Assembly (NCBI GenBank): GCA_947175555.1
Contig: CAMWNK010000005.1
Span: 1-47,814 of the forward strand
DNA length: 47,814 bases
Reading direction: 5' to 3'
Source of the DNA: an uncultured Clostridia bacterium
Lineage (GTDB): Bacteria; Bacillota; Clostridia; Christensenellales; UBA3700
In this document: positions 8,710 through 18,204 of the stretch, piece after piece
Numbering within the stretch: the stretch's first letter is position 1
How the letters are laid out: each line of letters begins with the position of its first letter
The notes under the pieces: generated by a model
The model's database searches: none
Told to the model about the DNA's origin: nothing
The model's input: only the letters and a program-made list of their open reading frames with translations
Position numbers and translations under genes: made by a program

Positions 8710-8726
8710 TAAAGGAGAGTGCAGTT

Positions 8727-9299
8727 ATGCCGCCCAAGGCTAAGTTTGACAAAAGCAGTATTATAAGCGTTGCCGTAGACCTTGTGAGGGATGAGGGTAT
8801 AGACGCTCTGAGCGCAAGAGGATTGGCTAAGAGACTGGGTTGCTCGGTATGCCCCATCTTCACGGTCTTTGAAAATATGGAAGAAGTTACAAAAAAGACT
8901 TACGCCGCCATAAGAGGTATATACGATAGCTATGCCGCCGAGGGGCTTAAGAGTAAGCCTGCCTTTAAGGGCGTGGGAGAGCAGTATATTGCCTTTGCAA
9001 TTAAGGAGCCTAAGCTATTTGAGGCGTTGTTCATGCGCGCGCAGGCGGACGCTACGCTTGACAGTATATTGCTGAGCATAGAAGATAACTATAGCGCGAT
9101 ATTGCAATCTATTGAGGACGAGTACGGCTTGGACGGTTATAAAGCGAAAAGATTGTATCTGCAGATGTGGATATATACGCACGGCATCGCCACGCTGTGC
9201 GTAAGTAAGACGTTCGTATTTCAAGCTAAAGAGATAAGCGATATGCTCACTCAGGCGTTCAAGGGCATATACAGGGAGATAGCGGGGGCAAGTAAATGA
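8727..9299 (+). CDS. TetR/AcrR family regulator (WHG-like C-terminus)
   Basis: MPPKAKF..EGIDALSARGLAKRLGCSVCPIFTVF HTH; MWIYTHGIA; start at 8727 behind AAGGAG. Confidence 0.9.
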   Translation: MPPKAKFDKSSIISVAVDLVRDEGIDALSARGLAKRLGCSVCPIFTVFENMEEVTKKTYAAIRGIYDSYAAEGLKSKPAFKGVGEQYIAFAIKEPKLFEALFMRAQADATLDSILLSIEDNYSAILQSIEDEYGLDGYKAKRLYLQMWIYTHGIATLCVSKTFVFQAKEISDMLTQAFKGIYREIAGASK

Positions 9300-9988
9300 T
9301 ACGGGTACAATCGGTGAGTAAAAATTACGGCAGCGGCAGCGGAATTACTTGCGCGCTCAAAGACGTAACGGCAGACATAGACGACGGCAGTTTTACCGTG
9401 ATACTCGGCGCATCGGGCTCGGGTAAGTCCACTTTGCTCAACGTAATGTCGGGATTGGAGCGCGTAGATAGCGGCAAGATAATCTATGACGATACCGACC
9501 TTACTCAGTTGAGCGATAAAGAGCTTACGCTATTTCGCCGTCGGGTAGTAGGGCTTGTGTTTCAACAGTATTATTTGATTGCGAGCATGAGCGTACAGGA
9601 CAACGTGCGTATGGGCGCGGAGCTTGCAACGGGTTCGGACTATAAGGCGATAATCAAAGCGATAGGTCTTGAAGACAAACTTAATAAGTTTCCGAGCGAA
9701 TTGTCGGGCGGCGAGCAGCAGAGAGTGGCCATTGCGCGCGCTCTTGCAAAAAAGCCGACCGTGCTTTTTGCAGACGAGCCTACGGGCGCGCTCGACGAGG
9801 AGACGGGCAGACAGATACTCGACTATATCGATAGGCTGCATAAGGAAAGTAATCTGAGCGTTGTTATGGTAACTCATAATGCTAATATCGCGGACATGGC
9901 GGATAAAGTAATTTATATGAACAGCGGTAGAGTTGAGAAGGTGGAGCTGCGCGCAAGCAAAAAGTCGGCATACGAAATAGATTGGTAA
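9296..9988 (+). CDS. ABC transporter ATP-binding protein (LolD/MacB-like)
   Basis: [39 protein letters not shown]. Confidence 0.95.
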   Translation: MIRVQSVSKNYGSGSGITCALKDVTADIDDGSFTVILGASGSGKSTLLNVMSGLERVDSGKIIYDDTDLTQLSDKELTLFRRRVVGLVFQQYYLIASMSVQDNVRMGAELATGSDYKAIIKAIGLEDKLNKFPSELSGGEQQRVAIARALAKKPTVLFADEPTGALDEETGRQILDYIDRLHKESNLSVVMVTHNANIADMADKVIYMNSGRVEKVELRASKKSAYEIDW

Positions 9989-9994
9989 ATAGCT

Positions 9995-11128
9995 ATGATT
10001 ATAAGTATAAAAGACTCGGTTAAGTTGATTGGAGTTGTCGTAATGGCGTGTTGCGCCGTTATGGTATGCAATCTATTTGTCAATTATCTTATCGATGTGT
10101 CGGCTGTTAAGGATAGTATCGATACGGCGCAACTAACAGCTCTGTATAACGCGCAAGTCGCTACGGCGCGAGTGGTATGCGCGGTATCGGGCGGCTGCCT
10201 TGTCATTACTACGGCAATAACGCTGCTTTTCTATATCGGCTCATATGTGGATAAGCGTGCAAAAGATATGGGGATATTGAAGGCGATGGGCTATACGGAT
10301 ATGCAGATTGCGTCGCGCTTTGCAATATTCGGGCTGAGCGTATTGCTCGGTTGCGCGATAGGTTATGCGCTCTCTTACGCGATTATGCCGTCTCTGTACG
10401 CCGCGCAAAGTAAAGAACTGATACCCATAGACATCAACTTCAACGCAATTACTTTGCTTATGCCGCTATTGCCGCCGATAGCATTTTCCGCTCTTTCGGT
10501 GGCGTGGGCATACCGTAAATTAAAAAGACCTTTGATAGATTTGATAAAGGGAAAAAGAGTAGTAAAAGTCAAGAACAAGGCAAGCAAAAGAGAGAGTAAA
10601 TCCTTTCTTATGCGCCTTTCGCTCAACGCATTGAGCGGTAATAAAGCGCTGATATTTTTTATGGCATTCTCCTCATTTTGCTTTTCGTCGATGACGCAGA
10701 TGTCTATAAGCATGTTGGATGTTGGCAAGATGTTTTCGATAATGATTATGGTTATCGGACTTGTTCTTGCCTTGATGACTTTGATTATGTCGCTTAGTTC
10801 GGTAGTGAAAAATCACGCTCCTACTATAGCGATTATGAACGCCTGCGGCTGGCGTTACTCCGATTGCAAGAGGGCGATACTCGGAGCGTACAGACCTATT
10901 GCTTGGATAGGATTCGCAATAGGCAGCGCATATCAGTATATGCTTCTTAAGTTGGTTATGGATATAGCCTTCAATGACGTAGCGGGTATGCCTGCATATA
11001 ATTTCGACCTAGCTGCACTGGGAATATCGATAGCTGCCTTTATCGTTGTGTATGAGATTATCATCCAATTATATGCAATTAAGCTGAGGCGCATGACGCT
11101 TAAGGCAGTAGTCGGAGATAATCTGTAA
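9995..11128 (+). CDS. FtsX-like ABC permease
   Basis: Two hydrophobic FtsX-like repeats (DMGILKAMGY; TIAIMNACGW). Confidence 0.85.
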   Translation: MIISIKDSVKLIGVVVMACCAVMVCNLFVNYLIDVSAVKDSIDTAQLTALYNAQVATARVVCAVSGGCLVITTAITLLFYIGSYVDKRAKDMGILKAMGYTDMQIASRFAIFGLSVLLGCAIGYALSYAIMPSLYAAQSKELIPIDINFNAITLLMPLLPPIAFSALSVAWAYRKLKRPLIDLIKGKRVVKVKNKASKRESKSFLMRLSLNALSGNKALIFFMAFSSFCFSSMTQMSISMLDVGKMFSIMIMVIGLVLALMTLIMSLSSVVKNHAPTIAIMNACGWRYSDCKRAILGAYRPIAWIGFAIGSAYQYMLLKLVMDIAFNDVAGMPAYNFDLAALGISIAAFIVVYEIIIQLYAIKLRRMTLKAVVGDNL

Positions 11129-11164
11129 GCTAAAAATAATTAATGTTTTTTTCTTAAAATCACT

Positions 11165-11203
11165 ACCATGTATGAGTTTTTATTTGCCGATAATTCATAC
11201 ATG
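11165..11203. repeat. inverted pair of the CATGTATGAG motif
   Basis: 11165-11180 is the exact reverse complement of 2006-2021; second arm AATTCATACATG at 11192-11203. Confidence 0.7.
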
Positions 11204-11362
11204 TATCAATTATATACCAGTCAGACTATGTACGTATGCTTTTTAATCATCGACGGCTTAGATATATAGAAAGGGACGATATGCGCTTATAGTATACGTA
11301 GATTCTCTTAATTATCTTCTGCCCCTATAAAGAAATAAAGTTGATAAAGTTGCTTAGTTTAA

Positions 11363-11391
11363 TTTACAATATCGGCAACTTATGATATTAT
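11363..11391 (+). promoter_or_regulatory. sigma-A promoter of the glutamate synthase operon
   Basis: TTTACA-N17-TATTAT with extended TG. Confidence 0.6.
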
Positions 11392-11399
11392 TAAACGCA

Positions 11400-11453
11400 G
11401 AACAAAGGCGTTCGCAATAAGGGCTAAGTGCCCCTGTAGCGAGCGCCTTTTTT
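11400..11453 (+). promoter_or_regulatory. ANTAR-type hexaloop hairpin overlapping an intrinsic terminator (glutamate synthase leader)
   Basis: GAAC-AAAGGC-GTTC; AAAGGCGTTCGC pairs with GCGAGCGCCTTT, followed by TTT. Confidence 0.8.
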
Positions 11454-11474
11454 GCTGCAAAAAGGAGAGATAAG

Positions 11475-12560
11475 ATGCTTGAAGGTCAGGTGCGTATACC
11501 GTCGGGATGTGCTGTCAGCGGATTTATCAATAAAGACAGAACGCTCACGGACGGCTCGCGCATTATTAAGTCTATTGCTTGTATGCACGACCGTTCCAAC
11601 GGTCTCGGCGGAGGATTCGCCGCATACGGGATTTATCCCGAGTATAAAGATTATTATGCTTTGCATGTCTTTTACGATAATTCGGAGGTTAAGGCAGAAT
11701 GCGAAAAGTTTCTCGATAAGCACTTCGACATAGTCAATCTATCCAAGATACCCGTGCGCAAGACGCCCAAGATTACGGACGAGCCGCTTATATGGAGATA
11801 CTTCGTCAAGCCGCTGCCTACCAAGCTCGCGTCCAGTCAGTTGGACGAGAAGGAATTTACGGTAAAGTGCGTGTTCAAGATAAACAGTTATATAGACGGC
11901 GCATACGTCTTTTCTTGCGGAAAAAATATGGGCGCGTTCAAAGCTGTGGGCTATCCCGAGGACGTGGGCGAGTTCTATAGGTTGGACGAGTATGAGGGAT
12001 ACAGCTGGATAGCGCACGGAAGATATCCTACCAATACCCCGGGGTGGTGGGGCGGAGCGCACCCCTTCTGCCTGCTCGATATAGCGGTCGTGCACAACGG
12101 AGAGATTTCTTCCTACGACGCCAACCGCAGAGAGATAGAGATGTTCGGGTACAAGTGCAATTTGCAGACGGATACAGAGGCGATAACCTACATCTTCGAT
12201 TATCTTGTGCGCAAGATAGGTATGAGCTATAAGGAAGCGTGCGACGTAATTGCCGCGCCTTTTTGGAATAAAATACAGGCTATGGATAAGGCGGACAGAG
12301 ACTATTACAATTATTTAAGGCGCAACTTCGACAGTCTGCTCATCACAGGACCTTTTTCTTTGATAATAGGACACGAGGGCGGACTGATAGGAATCAACGA
12401 CAGGCTTAAATTGCGCTCCATGGTAGTTGCTGAAAAGGGAAATACGGTATATATGGCAAGCGAAGAGTGCGCTATAAGGGCTATAGAGAGCAACCCCGAC
12501 GTCGTATACGCGCCTAAGGGCGGTCAGCCTGTTATTGCGGAGGTGGAGTATGGAATATAG
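11475..12560 (+). CDS. class II (Ntn) glutamine amidotransferase subunit of a split glutamate synthase (GltB domain 1)
   Basis: SGCAVSG N-terminal Cys, DRSNGLGGG, AHGRYPTNT, HPF, VVHNGEISSY, TDTE, DRLKLR. Confidence 0.9.
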   Translation: MLEGQVRIPSGCAVSGFINKDRTLTDGSRIIKSIACMHDRSNGLGGGFAAYGIYPEYKDYYALHVFYDNSEVKAECEKFLDKHFDIVNLSKIPVRKTPKITDEPLIWRYFVKPLPTKLASSQLDEKEFTVKCVFKINSYIDGAYVFSCGKNMGAFKAVGYPEDVGEFYRLDEYEGYSWIAHGRYPTNTPGWWGGAHPFCLLDIAVVHNGEISSYDANRREIEMFGYKCNLQTDTEAITYIFDYLVRKIGMSYKEACDVIAAPFWNKIQAMDKADRDYYNYLRRNFDSLLITGPFSLIIGHEGGLIGINDRLKLRSMVVAEKGNTVYMASEECAIRAIESNPDVVYAPKGGQPVIAEVEYGI

Positions 12561-14046
12561 ACCTGCGCGCTTTGAAGTATTGCGCAATATGGATAAATGC
12601 AACGGGTGCAATCGGTGCGTGAAAGAATGCGCCTGCGGCGTACATTATAGAAGCGATAGCGGCAAGCTGTGCACTCGAGACTATGCTTGCGTGGACTGTC
12701 AAAGATGTGTGGAGACGTGTCCTGCGGGCGCGCTTAAAATAGCTCTCAACCGCAATACGTTTCATCCCAACGATAACTGGAGCGAGAGATATATCGGCGA
12801 GATATACAAGCAGGCGGCTACGGGCGGAGTGTTGCTCTCGTCTATGGGCAATCCCAATCCCATGCCGTCTTACTTCGACAGGATACTTATCAACGCGTCG
12901 CAAGTTACCAATCCGCCTATAGATCCGCTGCGCGAGCCTATGGAAACTAAAATAACTTTGGGCAGGCGCGACAGAGAAATTGTAAGAGATGCGAGCGGAC
13001 GGATTGCGCCCAAATTAGTCAGAGGACTGAGCGCGGACGTGCCCATACTTTTTTCCGCGATGTCGTACGGCTCTATCAGCTATAACGCGCACGCCGCGCT
13101 TGCTATGGCGGCAAAGGAGCTTAATACATATTACAATACGGGCGAGGGCGGACTGCATAAGGACTTTTATGCTTACGGCGATAACACGATAGTGCAGGTG
13201 GCGTCGGGACGATTTGGGGTGCACTCCGACTATCTCAACGCGGGAGCGGCTATCGAGATAAAGATGGGACAGGGCGCAAAGCCGGGGATAGGCGGACATC
13301 TGCCAGGCGAGAAGACAGTCGGCGATATCTCCGCCACGAGGATGATACCCGAGGGCAGCGATGCGATATCTCCCGCGCCTCATCACGATATATATTCCAT
13401 AGAGGACTTAAGGCAGCTTGTCGATTCGCTCAAAGAAGCGACCGGGCACGCCAAGCCCATAATCGTCAAGGTCGCCGCGGTACATAATATTGCCGTAATA
13501 GCAAGCGGAATTGCGCGCAGTGGCGCGGACATAATAGCAATCGACGGCTACAGGGGCGGAACGGGCGCGGCGCCCACGCGTATAAGAGATAACGTGGGCA
13601 TACCGATAGAGCTTGCGCTCGCCAGCGTAGACAGCCGTCTTAGGCAGGAAGGAATACGAGACAGAGTAAGCCTTATAGCAGGCGGCAGCATACGCAGCAG
13701 CGCGGATATGATTAAGGCGATTGCACTCGGCGCCGACGCGGTATATATAGGCACCGCCGCGCTGTGCGCTTTGGGCTGTCATCTGTGCCGCTCCTGTCAG
13801 CAGGGCAAATGCAACTGGGGTATTGCTACGCAAAATCCCGAGCTTACCAAAAGGCTTGATCCCGAAGAAGGCGCGCGCAGACTTGTCAACCTCGTAAGCG
13901 CATGGACTCACGAGGCGGAGGAGATAATGGGCGGCATGGGAATCAACGCGATAGAAGTATTGCGCGGCAACAGACTTATGCTGAGAGGCATAGGGCTTAC
14001 CGAGACGGAGCTGAGGATACTCGGCATATCGCACGCGGGAGAATAA
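12550..14046 (+). CDS. glutamate synthase FMN-binding subunit with N-terminal 2x[4Fe-4S] (GltB domain 2, archaeal-type)
   Basis: Two CxxCxxCxxxC motifs; AMSYGSIS, NTGEGG, QVASGRFGV, EIKMGQGAKPGIGGHLPG, SPAPHHDIYSIEDL, CHLCRSCQQGKC; start set at MEYRP. Confidence 0.92.
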   Translation: MEYRPARFEVLRNMDKCNGCNRCVKECACGVHYRSDSGKLCTRDYACVDCQRCVETCPAGALKIALNRNTFHPNDNWSERYIGEIYKQAATGGVLLSSMGNPNPMPSYFDRILINASQVTNPPIDPLREPMETKITLGRRDREIVRDASGRIAPKLVRGLSADVPILFSAMSYGSISYNAHAALAMAAKELNTYYNTGEGGLHKDFYAYGDNTIVQVASGRFGVHSDYLNAGAAIEIKMGQGAKPGIGGHLPGEKTVGDISATRMIPEGSDAISPAPHHDIYSIEDLRQLVDSLKEATGHAKPIIVKVAAVHNIAVIASGIARSGADIIAIDGYRGGTGAAPTRIRDNVGIPIELALASVDSRLRQEGIRDRVSLIAGGSIRSSADMIKAIALGADAVYIGTAALCALGCHLCRSCQQGKCNWGIATQNPELTKRLDPEEGARRLVNLVSAWTHEAEEIMGGMGINAIEVLRGNRLMLRGIGLTETELRILGISHAGE

Positions 14047-14051
14047 CGAGT

Positions 14052-14771
14052 ATGGCTATATATGACGCCGCAAGTCTTAGCGGCAGAGAAATCAACGAAA
14101 TCATCAAAAAAGAAATGGACGCAAAGATAACCTTCACAGGCGTTAACGGTCAGAGATTTATCTGCGACGGCATGAAAGATAAGCTCGTTACCGTAGACGG
14201 GGTAGCAGGCAACGCGTCAGGCGCGTATATGGACAGCGGAGAGCTGAGCGTCATCGGCAACGCTCAAGACGCTATAGGCGACACTATGAACGGCGGTAGG
14301 ATATTCATATCAGGAAGATGCGGAGACGCGACGGGATACGCCATGCGCGGCGGCGAGATTTATGTGGGTAAAGACGTGGGCTATAGAGCGGGCATTCATA
14401 TGAAAGAATACGGCGACGATAAGCCCGTGCTCGTCATAGGAGGTATTGCGGGCGACTTTCTCGGCGAGTATCAGGCGGGCGGATTGATAATAGTTGTCAA
14501 TACCGAGCGCGCCGCTTGTCCGCTCGGCGAGGATTATGCGGCGGGTATGCACGGCGGCAAGATAGTAGTCTTTACCGATTGTCAGCCCGCGCCTCGCGCA
14601 GGAGTACAGGTAAGAGAAGTAGCGGCAAGGGACATTAAAGAGATAGAGGAGTATATGAGGAGATTCTGCACGTTTGCGTCGCTTGACTATAGCAGCGAAA
14701 TCAGTAGGAAAGCATACGTACTTGAGCCGATGGGGCGCAATCCTTATAAGAGATTGTACGTCAATAATTGA
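14052..14771 (+). CDS. glutamate synthase GXGXG beta-helix subunit (GltB domain 3)
   Basis: GNAQDAIGDTMNGG, GYAMRGG, GYRAGIHMK, GDFLGEYQAGG; start set at MAIYD. Confidence 0.88.
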   Translation: MAIYDAASLSGREINEIIKKEMDAKITFTGVNGQRFICDGMKDKLVTVDGVAGNASGAYMDSGELSVIGNAQDAIGDTMNGGRIFISGRCGDATGYAMRGGEIYVGKDVGYRAGIHMKEYGDDKPVLVIGGIAGDFLGEYQAGGLIIVVNTERAACPLGEDYAAGMHGGKIVVFTDCQPAPRAGVQVREVAARDIKEIEEYMRRFCTFASLDYSSEISRKAYVLEPMGRNPYKRLYVNN

Positions 14772-14791
14772 TAATATTTTACGCGCTTATT

Positions 14792-14820
14792 TTGACACGC
14801 GCATACGCAGGGATTATAAT
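14792..14820 (+). promoter_or_regulatory. consensus sigma-A promoter of guaA-glnA-ANTAR-purF
   Basis: TTGACA-N17-TATAAT; no hairpin or terminator in the short leader. Confidence 0.85.
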
Positions 14821-14842
14821 ATAGGAGACAAAAGGAGATAAT

Positions 14843-16375
14843 ATGTCGCATCAGACGGTAATAGTAGTGGATTTCGGCGGTCAGTACAATCAGCTGATAG
14901 CCAGAAAGGTAAGAGAACAAAACGTATATTGCAAGCTGATACCTTGCTCGCAAGCAGCTCAAGAGATTGAGAAAGAAAAGCCTATCGGCATTATATTCAC
15001 AGGCGGTCCCAACAGCGTCTACGCTCCTAACGCGCCCAAGGTGGATAAGGCGGTGTATGAGGCGGGCGTGCCTATACTGGGAATATGTTACGGAGCGCAG
15101 TTGATAGCGCACGCCTTGGGCGGCTCGGTCAAGTCGGCTCCCGTCAGAGAATACGGCAGAAGAAATATAAGCTACTTGGGTAACGCGCTCTTTGAGGGTA
15201 TGGATAAGGACAACACGTGCTGGATGAGCCATACCGATTACGTGGACAGCCTGCCTGACGGATTCAAGGTAATAGCCAAGACGGACAGTTGCCCTGCGGC
15301 TGCTTTTGCAGATGAGGATAGAGGGTTGTACGGAGTGCAGTTCCACCCGGAAGTTGTGCATTGCTCGCAGGGTAATTTGATACTCAGGAATTTCCTTTAC
15401 GGAGTATGCAAGGCAACGGGCGATTGGAATATGGGCGATTTCGTACGCAATCAGGTGTCTGCTCTTAAAGAAAAAATCGGCAATAAAAAGATACTGTGCG
15501 CTTTTTCGGGCGGAGTAGACAGCGCGGTTGCCGCCACGTTGGTGCACCGCGCCGCGGGGGACAACCTCACGTGTATATTCGTCGACCACGGTCTTTTGAG
15601 ATATAAAGAGGCGGACGAGGTCATGCGCGTATTCGCGCAAGAGCGCGGAATGAAGGTCATAAAGGCGGACGCAAGCGACGAGTTCATCGGCAAGCTGAGC
15701 GGCGTACGCTCTCCCGAGCGCAAGCGCAAGATAATCGGCGCGGAGTTTATCAAAGTATTCGAGAGAGAGGCTAAGAAGCTGGGCAAGGTGGATTATCTCG
15801 TGCAGGGCACTATCTATCCCGACGTAATAGAGAGCGGTAAGGACAAGTCCGCGGTAATCAAGAGCCACCACAATGTGGGCGGATTGCCCGACGTAGTAGA
15901 CTTCGACGAGATAATAGAGCCGCTGCGCGACCTTTTTAAGGACGAAGTGCGCAAGGTGGGCTATGAGTTGGGCTTGCCCGCTCCCGTCGTGGAGAGACAG
16001 CCTTTCCCCGGCCCCGGGCTTGCGATACGCATTATAGGCGCAATTACGCCCGAGAAGATAGACGTGTTGCAGCGCGCCGATTACATCTTCCGCAAGGAGC
16101 TCGAAGATAGCGGCGTGGCTAAAGACATATGGCAATACTTTGCCGTGCTCACCAATACCAAAAGCGTGGGCGTAATGGGCGATAAGAGGACGTACGAGTA
16201 TACGGTGGCCCTGCGCGCGGTTACAGGCGTGGACGGCATGACTTGCGATTGGGCGCATATACCTTACGACATACTGTCCAAGGCGTCCAATAGGATAGTC
16301 AACGAAGTGCCGCGCGTCAATAGGATAGTATATGACGTTACATCCAAGCCGCCGGCAACTATCGAGTGGGAATAA
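14843..16375 (+). CDS. guaA: GMP synthase (glutamine-hydrolysing)
   Basis: [45 protein letters not shown]. Confidence 0.97.
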   Translation: MSHQTVIVVDFGGQYNQLIARKVREQNVYCKLIPCSQAAQEIEKEKPIGIIFTGGPNSVYAPNAPKVDKAVYEAGVPILGICYGAQLIAHALGGSVKSAPVREYGRRNISYLGNALFEGMDKDNTCWMSHTDYVDSLPDGFKVIAKTDSCPAAAFADEDRGLYGVQFHPEVVHCSQGNLILRNFLYGVCKATGDWNMGDFVRNQVSALKEKIGNKKILCAFSGGVDSAVAATLVHRAAGDNLTCIFVDHGLLRYKEADEVMRVFAQERGMKVIKADASDEFIGKLSGVRSPERKRKIIGAEFIKVFEREAKKLGKVDYLVQGTIYPDVIESGKDKSAVIKSHHNVGGLPDVVDFDEIIEPLRDLFKDEVRKVGYELGLPAPVVERQPFPGPGLAIRIIGAITPEKIDVLQRADYIFRKELEDSGVAKDIWQYFAVLTNTKSVGVMGDKRTYEYTVALRAVTGVDGMTCDWAHIPYDILSKASNRIVNEVPRVNRIVYDVTSKPPATIEWE

Positions 16376-16387
16376 AGGAGAATTATT

Positions 16388-17626
16388 ATGGCATTGACGG
16401 AAAAGGACGTATTGGACTTTGTAAAGGAGCAGGGCGTCAAGTTCGTAAGGCTGGCTTTTTGCGATATATTCGGCGTGCAGAAGAATATATCCATAATGCC
16501 GCATCAGCTTGAGAAGGCGTTTTCTCACGGAATATCCTTCGACGCCTCGGCGGTGAAGGGTTTTCTCGGCGTAGATAAGTCCGACCTCTTCTTAAAGCCC
16601 ATGCCCGAGACGATGTGTATATTGCCTTGGAGGTCGCAAAACGGACTGGTGATAAGACTGATATGCAACATTGTCAATCCCGACGGCTCGCCTTTCGAAG
16701 GTTCGTGCAGACACCTGCTTGCCAATGCAAAGCAGAGAGCGGCTACTATGGGCTACACGTGCAATATCGGCGCGGAATGCGAGTTTTATTTATTCCCTTT
16801 GGACGACAGCGGCAGACCTATGCCGCAGCCTTTGGACGAGGGCGGATACTTCGACGTGTTTCCTCTCGATAAGGGCGAAAATCTGCGCAGAGAGATATGC
16901 CTTACTCTCGAGCAGATGGGTATCAATCCCGAAAGGTCTCACCACGAGCAAGGTCCCGGGCAGAACGAAATCGACTTTAAGTACGACGACGTGCTCACAA
17001 CTGCGGATAATCTCATCACTTTCCGTTGGGCGGTAGCTACCATAGCGCAGAGCAACGGGCTGTATGCGTCTTTCGAGCCCAAGCCTATAGAGGGGTGCAG
17101 CGGCAACGGACTGCACGTAAATATATCTATGGTAAAGGGCGGCGTGAATATATTCGACGATACGGCGACAGGCGGGGAGTTGTGCGACGAAGCCAAATAT
17201 TTTATTGCAGGCATCCTCAACAGGATAAAGCAGATATGCGCCTTTACCAATCCTAAAGAGCAATCGTATGAGCGTTTGGGAGTATGCGAGGCTCCGCGTT
17301 ATATTACGTGGTCGCGCGGCAACCGCAGTCAGCTTATCCGCATACCTTATGCAAGTAAGGAAAGCAAGCGTATAGAACTGCGCAATCCCGACTGCACGTG
17401 CAATCCTTATCTTGCCTTTGCGCTGATATTGAGCGCGGGGCTCGAGGGTATCGAGAATAAAGAAGAGCTGACCGAGGAAAGTTGCGAGAATGCTTACGAG
17501 ATAGCTCAAGGCAAATACGATGCGTTGCCCGCCACATTAGAGGAGGCAAAGCAGCTTGCGGCAGGCAGTAAGTTTGCCGCGCGGGTACTGGGCGAGAAGG
17601 CAATAGCGGATTATCTCGGCATTTGA
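16388..17626 (+). CDS. glnA: glutamine synthetase type I-like protein (412 aa, short C-terminus)
   Basis: VKFVRLAFCDIFG, GAECEFYLF, HHEQGPGQNEIDF, GNGLHVN, EAP, NRSQLIRIP, RIELRNPD. Confidence 0.88.
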   Translation: MALTEKDVLDFVKEQGVKFVRLAFCDIFGVQKNISIMPHQLEKAFSHGISFDASAVKGFLGVDKSDLFLKPMPETMCILPWRSQNGLVIRLICNIVNPDGSPFEGSCRHLLANAKQRAATMGYTCNIGAECEFYLFPLDDSGRPMPQPLDEGGYFDVFPLDKGENLRREICLTLEQMGINPERSHHEQGPGQNEIDFKYDDVLTTADNLITFRWAVATIAQSNGLYASFEPKPIEGCSGNGLHVNISMVKGGVNIFDDTATGGELCDEAKYFIAGILNRIKQICAFTNPKEQSYERLGVCEAPRYITWSRGNRSQLIRIPYASKESKRIELRNPDCTCNPYLAFALILSAGLEGIENKEELTEESCENAYEIAQGKYDALPATLEEAKQLAAGSKFAARVLGEKAIADYLGI

Positions 17627-17630
17627 TAAG

Positions 17631-18197
17631 ATGAGCAGAGTTTTGTTAGCGTCATTGTCCGACTTCGATATCCGAGCGTTGCTCGGGGCGGACTTTTGCG
17701 CTCAAAACGAAATAGTCGTATCTTCATCGGCTGCCAAGGCGCGCAGATTGATGATGAACGACGGATTCACTCTGATTATCGTCAATACGCCTCTTGACGA
17801 CGAGTTCGGCGGAGAGCTTGCGTTGCATGCTGCCGAGAAAACTACGGCGGGCGTAATGTTTTTTGTAAAAGCGGCGTCTTACGATATGGCAGTGCATAAG
17901 CTCGAGCCTTACGGCGTAATGGTCATGGGTAAGCCGTGTTCGTCGGAATATGCAAGACAGAGCGTAAGAGTAGTATTAGCTACCGCCAACCGCATGCAGG
18001 GCATGAAGAGAAAGACCGAGCAGTTGCAAAGTCGTATCAACGAGATAAAAGTTATAGACAGGAGCAAGTGCGTGCTTATGCAATATCTGGGGATAACGGA
18101 AGCGGGCGCGCATAAATATATCGAAAAAGAGGCAATGGATTCGCGTCGCAGCAGGTATGAAGTCGCGCTTGAAATTCTTAAGACTTATGAGAGCTGA
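17631..18197 (+). CDS. pseudo-receiver + ANTAR RNA-binding antiterminator (NitR/AmiR-like)
   Basis: C-terminal IDRSKCVLMQYLGITEAGAHKYIEKEAMDSRRSRYEVALEIL is an ANTAR domain; N-terminal receiver fold has LIIVN (Asn at the Asp site). Confidence 0.9.
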   Translation: MSRVLLASLSDFDIRALLGADFCAQNEIVVSSSAAKARRLMMNDGFTLIIVNTPLDDEFGGELALHAAEKTTAGVMFFVKAASYDMAVHKLEPYGVMVMGKPCSSEYARQSVRVVLATANRMQGMKRKTEQLQSRINEIKVIDRSKCVLMQYLGITEAGAHKYIEKEAMDSRRSRYEVALEILKTYES

Positions 18198-18204
18198 AGA
18201 GTAT

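Noticed and set aside
8703-8726. Upstream starts in the ORF track (8703, 7173, 12535, 13902, 18157, 24618, 31801, 36678, 40545, 46130)
   Set aside because: They overlap promoters, operators or upstream genes; downstream starts fit the RBS or the family N-terminus better
16345-16390. guaA 3' end as an occupied integration site
   Set aside because: The next gene starts 12 nt later; no integrase and no duplicated tail
14744-16528. 594-aa minus-strand ORF, and similar long antisense ORFs at 20993-22339, 39218-40504, 40929-42299 and 42722-43660
   Set aside because: Shadow frames of guaA, pyrG, hydB, hydA and ddh; no motifs or RBS
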